Origin: Desulfatiglandales bacterium
GTDB lineage: Bacteria; Desulfobacterota; DSM-4660; Desulfatiglandales; HGW-15
Reading direction: 5' to 3'
Assembly (NCBI GenBank): GCA_963667015.2
Contig: CAXXJJ010000004.1
Span: forward strand, 800,001 to 864,000
Length of the DNA stretch: 64,000 bases
Part shown: positions 59,477-64,000 of the stretch, in pieces
Position numbering within the stretch: the stretch's first letter is position 1
Layout: every line of letters begins with the position of its first letter
The notes under the pieces: generated by a model
The model's database searches: none
Told to the model about the DNA's origin: nothing
The model's input: only the letters and a program-made list of their open reading frames with translations
Position numbers and translations under genes: made by a program

Positions 59477-61932
59477 TATTCAACCGTAATCCCACAATTG
59501 AAAACTATCCGATGATCAGCAAGTTCAACACATTCCTTTTTATGGGTGATGAAAAAACACGTATCAAAGCCACCTTTTTGCATGAATTGAGGATAAAGAG
59601 ATATAAACCGCTTTGCGTTCTCCACATCCAGAGGACCATCCAATTCATCATTGAACGCTGTCAGATAGTTGTATGTTGATTTCTGTTTTGAGATAAGAGT
59701 CATACCGAGACGCAGAGCCTGAACCGGCCATATTTTCTGCCCACCGCTGCGGAGCTCAAGAGGCACTTCGTCGCCATCCTCATCAATGACATAGATCCTG
59801 AATACTTCCCTGCCTGTGTCCGGGTCCTGGGTAATGATCTTTATTGTGCCGAAACTGGAATTTAAAAGAAGTTCGTTAGTTTCATGGACAATGTTAGGTA
59901 CAACAGAATCAATCTCCAGTGCGCGTAACCCGTCTTTTGAGCAGGCATTCTGTGTATATGCCCATAGAGATATCTGACTGTTAATGGTCGATTTCTCTGC
60001 CTGGGCTGCGTCCAGGTCCTTGTTGAGTTTTTCTAACTCAAGGGCTTCACGTTCAAGATCTTTGATCTTGGATTCTGTATCAGTGATGTTCTTCTGTGTG
60101 GTTTCCTGCAGAGAGGTTAAACCTGATAGCTCTGTGTTAAGTTTTGTTAACCTGGCATCAACTTCCGTGTCGATTTTTTTTTCAATGTCCTGTAAAAGGC
60201 TTGCTGTTTCCTGCTCACGCTTTCTCAGTGCATTCAATTTTGTATCCCATTTGCCTTTGAGCGCAAGGCCTTCCTTTGTGACTTCTTCCTTTTGAGTCTT
60301 GAGGTTTTCGACTTGGGATTCAGCAACTTTAATCTGATCTGCCTTGGCTGCTGTCGGCCGGAGTTCGGCTATCTTCTTTTCAACTGCATCAAGACGATTC
60401 TTTGTACTTTTTAGAGCCTCCGACTCTTTAAACTTCATGTCATTTTTACGGGTAATCTTATCATCGATTTCAGTGAACTCTGTTTTATATTTTTCCTGCA
60501 GGGTTTTTAACTCAGCCTGCTTTTCTTCAACCTGTTTATCGATGTCCGCGATCGCTTTTTCTTCTGTATCCTTCGCTTTTTTAAGATCCTGCTTTTTTGC
60601 TTCGATCTTTTTTTCTATTTCAGGAATTTTATCTTTTGATTCAAAGGCGGATGCTACAAAGAAACATCTTGCATTATGGTCCGGGCAGTTCGGATCTTCG
60701 TTTCTTTTATTCAGTATCTCTGTCTGTTTCCGGAGAGATAGCAACTCAGCTTCAAATGAAGACACGCTGTTATCATTTTGCGCTGTTTCCAGTTTAAACT
60801 GATGTTCTCTTCGCTGTTTTTGCAAGTCAGTGATTATCGTTGATATTTCGGATTGTTCCTTTGTGGATTTATCGGTTAATTCCCTGCGCTGTTTATCGAG
60901 TTCGCTGATCCTGGTTGATAGTCCTGATATGATATCATTTGTCTTATTGATTGATGCCCGGCATAATGCCAGTTCATTGTTCATGTTCTCGATGTCCTCA
61001 ACAGCTTTTTCAATGGCATCCTTATCCTTTAGAGTTTCTTCATGCTGTTTGAGCTGGCTGATAATTCCCTGGGCCTTGGTCCTTATCGTTTCGAGTTCTG
61101 ACCTTGACTGGCTTTCCTCTGTTTCCAGGTCCTTCTGTACCTGCTCAAGAGATTTTTTAATATCAGCGGACCGGGAAACCAGTTTATCGTTTTCCGTTAT
61201 CTTCTTTTTTTCTACCTCTATTTTATCGGTAATGGTTTTGATCATGCCGGTAAGCCTGGTCAATTCCTTTTCAGCCTGTTCTTTCTGCTGCCTGGCCTCG
61301 GTTATTTTTTCGGAGGTGTCAGGTAAATATTCATGCCGTTTTGATTCAAGCACCATGATAGATTTTTCGACCGCTGCCAGTTTCCCGTTCAATATCTTTC
61401 CGCTAGCCTTAGATATGTCCTCCCACCTGATGTACTTATTGAGTTGCAGGAATTCCGCGAACAGGTTTTTAAGGTCTGCAGGGTCAAGATCATTGAGATT
61501 GTCGGAGCCCTGGGAACAGAAGGCAGAGTTATAAAATAATTGCTGGCTTCCAAATATCTCCTGAATCAGTTCTTTGTATGAGGATATTTTGCCCTCGACC
61601 TTGGGCTGATCATTAATCCAGATGAAGCCTTCAGGTGAGTAATTTGAACCGCCGTTGATCTTTACAAGGCACCTGATCCGGTCATTATTAAATAGGTATT
61701 CTCGATCGAGACATGATTCTTTGAGGAAGAATTGATGCTGTAATGCCCCTTTTCGGGATGGCATAACCGGGTACGGAGGAAGGCTTTCAAGGAATGTGCT
61801 TTTGCCCTTTCCATTCTCTCCATCAAGTGCAATAAGCCCTGACAGATTTGACAGGTCCAGTGATATTTCATCAATACCCATGCCTTTTTTCAGGCCTATG
61901 CTTCCTCTTATTTTTGTTGATAAAAGTTTCAT
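59476..61932 (-). CDS. SbcC/Rad50-like SMC ATPase
   Basis: GENGKGKST, long coiled coil with central Cys motif, RSGGQK, NDELDGPLD, ITH. Confidence 0.92.
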   Translation of the reverse strand: MKLLSTKIRGSIGLKKGMGIDEISLDLSNLSGLIALDGENGKGKSTFLESLPPYPVMPSRKGALQHQFFLKESCLDREYLFNNDRIRCLVKINGGSNYSPEGFIWINDQPKVEGKISSYKELIQEIFGSQQLFYNSAFCSQGSDNLNDLDPADLKNLFAEFLQLNKYIRWEDISKASGKILNGKLAAVEKSIMVLESKRHEYLPDTSEKITEARQQKEQAEKELTRLTGMIKTITDKIEVEKKKITENDKLVSRSADIKKSLEQVQKDLETEESQSRSELETIRTKAQGIISQLKQHEETLKDKDAIEKAVEDIENMNNELALCRASINKTNDIISGLSTRISELDKQRRELTDKSTKEQSEISTIITDLQKQRREHQFKLETAQNDNSVSSFEAELLSLRKQTEILNKRNEDPNCPDHNARCFFVASAFESKDKIPEIEKKIEAKKQDLKKAKDTEEKAIADIDKQVEEKQAELKTLQEKYKTEFTEIDDKITRKNDMKFKESEALKSTKNRLDAVEKKIAELRPTAAKADQIKVAESQVENLKTQKEEVTKEGLALKGKWDTKLNALRKREQETASLLQDIEKKIDTEVDARLTKLNTELSGLTSLQETTQKNITDTESKIKDLEREALELEKLNKDLDAAQAEKSTINSQISLWAYTQNACSKDGLRALEIDSVVPNIVHETNELLLNSSFGTIKIITQDPDTGREVFRIYVIDEDGDEVPLELRSGGQKIWPVQALRLGMTLISKQKSTYNYLTAFNDELDGPLDVENAKRFISLYPQFMQKGGFDTCFFITHKKECVELADHRIVFNCGITVE

Positions 61933-61933
61933 G

Positions 61934-62164
61934 TTAGTTCCTCAATTGATGTTCATTAAAGATGAATACATTTTTAAAAATTCTGGTAAGTTCATCTCTG
62001 GTAAATAATTGCAGTACTTCGATTTCATCGGGCAATAATGGCTCAACGGAAAAAAGGACAAAGTCTTCACCGTCCGATGTTTTGATATTAGTGGTGATTG
62101 TGTTCTCCAGTCCCGAGAACATTTTTTTACATTCGTTTATTAAATTCTCTGTCATACTCTTCAT
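61934..62164 (-). CDS. Hypothetical protein
   Basis: Fills gap between sbcD-like and sbcC-like genes. Confidence 0.55.
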   Translation of the reverse strand: MKSMTENLINECKKMFSGLENTITTNIKTSDGEDFVLFSVEPLLPDEIEVLQLFTRDELTRIFKNVFIFNEHQLRN

Positions 62165-62414
62165 CCGATAGATTAAATTTGGTTATCCTCAGCCAACGTT
62201 CACAATTTCTTGATCCTGAAGGGGTATAATCAGATCTCTTTTCAGGATTAAATTGATTGGGAAACCATTTCTTGAGCCTTCGGCAGTATGCCCACCCCAA
62301 ACTATCCGGTTGTCTGCGTTTGTATGTCCAGTGCTGACAGTGCCCGCAAATTTCTTCAAGCTGCGGGTATCCAGGCACCTGCCCCGTAGGTATAACCATC
62401 TGTGACCTTGGCAT
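62127..62414 (-). CDS. Cys-containing hypothetical protein
   Basis: CGHCQHW..C..C; start uncertain. Confidence 0.5.
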   Translation of the reverse strand: MPRSQMVIPTGQVPGYPQLEEICGHCQHWTYKRRQPDSLGWAYCRRLKKWFPNQFNPEKRSDYTPSGSRNCERWLRITKFNLSDEEYDREFNKRM

Positions 62415-63609
62415 ATATCTCGTCCTCTGACAGTGTTTCGAGATCCGCTGCTATTTCATTGATTCCTGAAGGTAGGGTTTCAGATTTAATCTTTGCCTGC
62501 TCTTCGAGTTTGTCCCCGAGAGAGTCTAACTGTGTTACCCGTTCGCTCCTGACAACTTCCCGGGGGATGTGTTTTATATCGATTGTTACATCTTTGGCGC
62601 CTAAGTGCGTCTTATAGTAATCTGCAATCTCTTCTTTTTTAAGTGGAGTTGCTTCATCCTGGTATACTTTTAAACTTATTTTCAGGTGTGCCCCTCTTAA
62701 ATCTTCCAGTTCATTCAATGATGTCAGGGCATTAATATCCGAGATCCCTTCTTCCGTGAAATCGTGCTTTATATTTACAAGCTTCCTGGATGGGGTTTTG
62801 ATGAACCTTGACTCGATGTTGTAGTTAAAGAATACCGGTTCAATAGATTTCCGGCTTGGCTCTATCTTATGAAGATAAAAACCATGATCGTGATCTTCTC
62901 CATAGTTAAGGGCTCCAAGGGATCCGGAATAATAAATATTCGGCTCAATGTGCTGAGGAAGATGAATATGCCCGCATGCAACCAGATCAAAATTTCCAAG
63001 CGCAAGCTGATCTTTTGCAATTGAGATATCGCGCCCAGTCATATCCTGACCATTTGCAAGAGTAGCCCCGGCAATTGTTCCATGGTAAACAAGGATGTGA
63101 GGGCAATTATATTCTGAGGCAGTGGCGCCGAAACCGGCAAAGACCGGGGTCAGGGCCTGGCTTACCTCTTCATCGGTACTTTGCATAAATTGCTTAGTAG
63201 GCGTCGGCATCATTGAGATAATGGCGCTTGGCTTTTTCTCCTGAATATAATCGGATGATCTGAACAATTCGCCACTTTCTAAAATAACCTGCTCAGGCAT
63301 TGTAGACACGTGGACTGGGTGTTCAAAGGCAGAGGCATAAATCAGATTCTCTGTGGCATGGCCTTCATGCCGTGGTGTACCGGTTACAATTGCCACAGCT
63401 GCCACCTCTGATAATTCGTATATGATCCTGAAAACTTCCTTGCAGGCCTCGGAATCCAGTTTTATATCCCTGGAGTTAAAAACATCACCGGCAATAATAA
63501 TCAGGTCCGGGACCTCACTGATTGCTGTTTGAATTAAAAAGTCACTGCATTTTTTAAATTCCTCAAGATTGGCGTCTGTATGCCAGTCTGCAGTGTGTAG
63601 TATAAGCAT
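62356..63609 (-). CDS. SbcD/Mre11-like metallophosphoesterase nuclease
   Basis: HTADWH, AGDVF, GTPRHE, GHIH, YSGS. Confidence 0.92.
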   Translation of the reverse strand: MLILHTADWHTDANLEEFKKCSDFLIQTAISEVPDLIIIAGDVFNSRDIKLDSEACKEVFRIIYELSEVAAVAIVTGTPRHEGHATENLIYASAFEHPVHVSTMPEQVILESGELFRSSDYIQEKKPSAIISMMPTPTKQFMQSTDEEVSQALTPVFAGFGATASEYNCPHILVYHGTIAGATLANGQDMTGRDISIAKDQLALGNFDLVACGHIHLPQHIEPNIYYSGSLGALNYGEDHDHGFYLHKIEPSRKSIEPVFFNYNIESRFIKTPSRKLVNIKHDFTEEGISDINALTSLNELEDLRGAHLKISLKVYQDEATPLKKEEIADYYKTHLGAKDVTIDIKHIPREVVRSERVTQLDSLGDKLEEQAKIKSETLPSGINEIAADLETLSEDEIYAKVTDGYTYGAGAWIPAA

Positions 63610-63610
63610 T

Positions 63611-63751
63611 TTATTTCTCCCTTAATTTATAAATCATGGCTGAGGCCAGTATCAAAAGGCACCCCATGAAGTTAATGAATGGGAACCCCTCTCCCTCGTT
63701 ACAGGCCAAAACGAGGCCTATAAATATTCCGGTTGCTGATAAATATTTCAT
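63611..63751 (-). CDS. Small 46-aa two-TM membrane protein (not in ORF track)
   Basis: MKYLSATGIFIGLVLACNEGEGFPFINFMGCLLILASAMIYKLREK*; fills the gap exactly. Confidence 0.55.
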   Translation of the reverse strand: MKYLSATGIFIGLVLACNEGEGFPFINFMGCLLILASAMIYKLREK

Positions 63752-63760
63752 GATGGTTTC

Positions 63761-64000
63761 CTAAAATGGGATTTCGTCGTCTATTTCTTTGAGTTTTTTC
63801 TTGAGCTCCCTGAAGGCATATAGACGTTTATCCTCCACATTGTCGGGGAATTTGAATTTTTTTAATGACGTGCCGGTCTTTTTTGCCAGATCAAATAATA
63901 TGCTGTCCTGGGTTTCTTTGTCTGAGTTTGTGAAGTCGATTTCTTCGCTGTCCATACCAGACATATCGTCTTCGGGGAATGGGGGAGCTTCCGGGTCTCC
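63761..64000 (-). CDS. C-terminal part of an ssDNA-binding/annealing-type protein (truncated by window edge)
   Basis: Acidic tail ending DDEIPF with internal PFPEDD; upstream of SbcCD-like genes. Confidence 0.55.
   Translation of the reverse strand, partial: GDPEAPPFPEDDMSGMDSEEIDFTNSDKETQDSILFDLAKKTGTSLKKFKFPDNVEDKRLYAFRELKKKLKEIDDEIPF

Overview
Most of a lambda-like (cos/gpA-type terminase, gpB portal, gpE capsid, non-contractile tail) temperate phage genome, encoded almost entirely on the minus strand. Right to left: early/recombination genes (SbcD/SbcC-like, SF2 helicase, PD-(D/E)XK nuclease, N4/N6 MTase, DUF5131, many small ORFs); tyrosine integrase; a 3' fragment of tRNA-Sec (selC) that looks like attP; a lambda-like cosQ/cosN; D5-type primase-helicase and CHC2 primase flanking iterons; C5 MTase; SLOG protein; a PRTase-terminase small subunit fusion; TerL; head, tail and lysis genes. 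The backbone is interrupted by an ISAzo13 element in a tail gene, a RIT (three-recombinase) element with two extra genes, and an NTPase-TPR gene with 120-bp tandem repeats. Most notable are three accessory units with integron gene-cassette architecture (GTT core before the ORF, attC-like hairpin after it): an R-M pair, an unknown 441-aa protein and a membrane-anchored tail-collar protein. No integron integrase is seen in the window, and two of the units share a conserved bipartite upstream motif. Also present are short promoter-hairpin (sRNA-like) units and several REP/heptamer repeat families at gene junctions. All calls are by eye from motifs; no database search was run.
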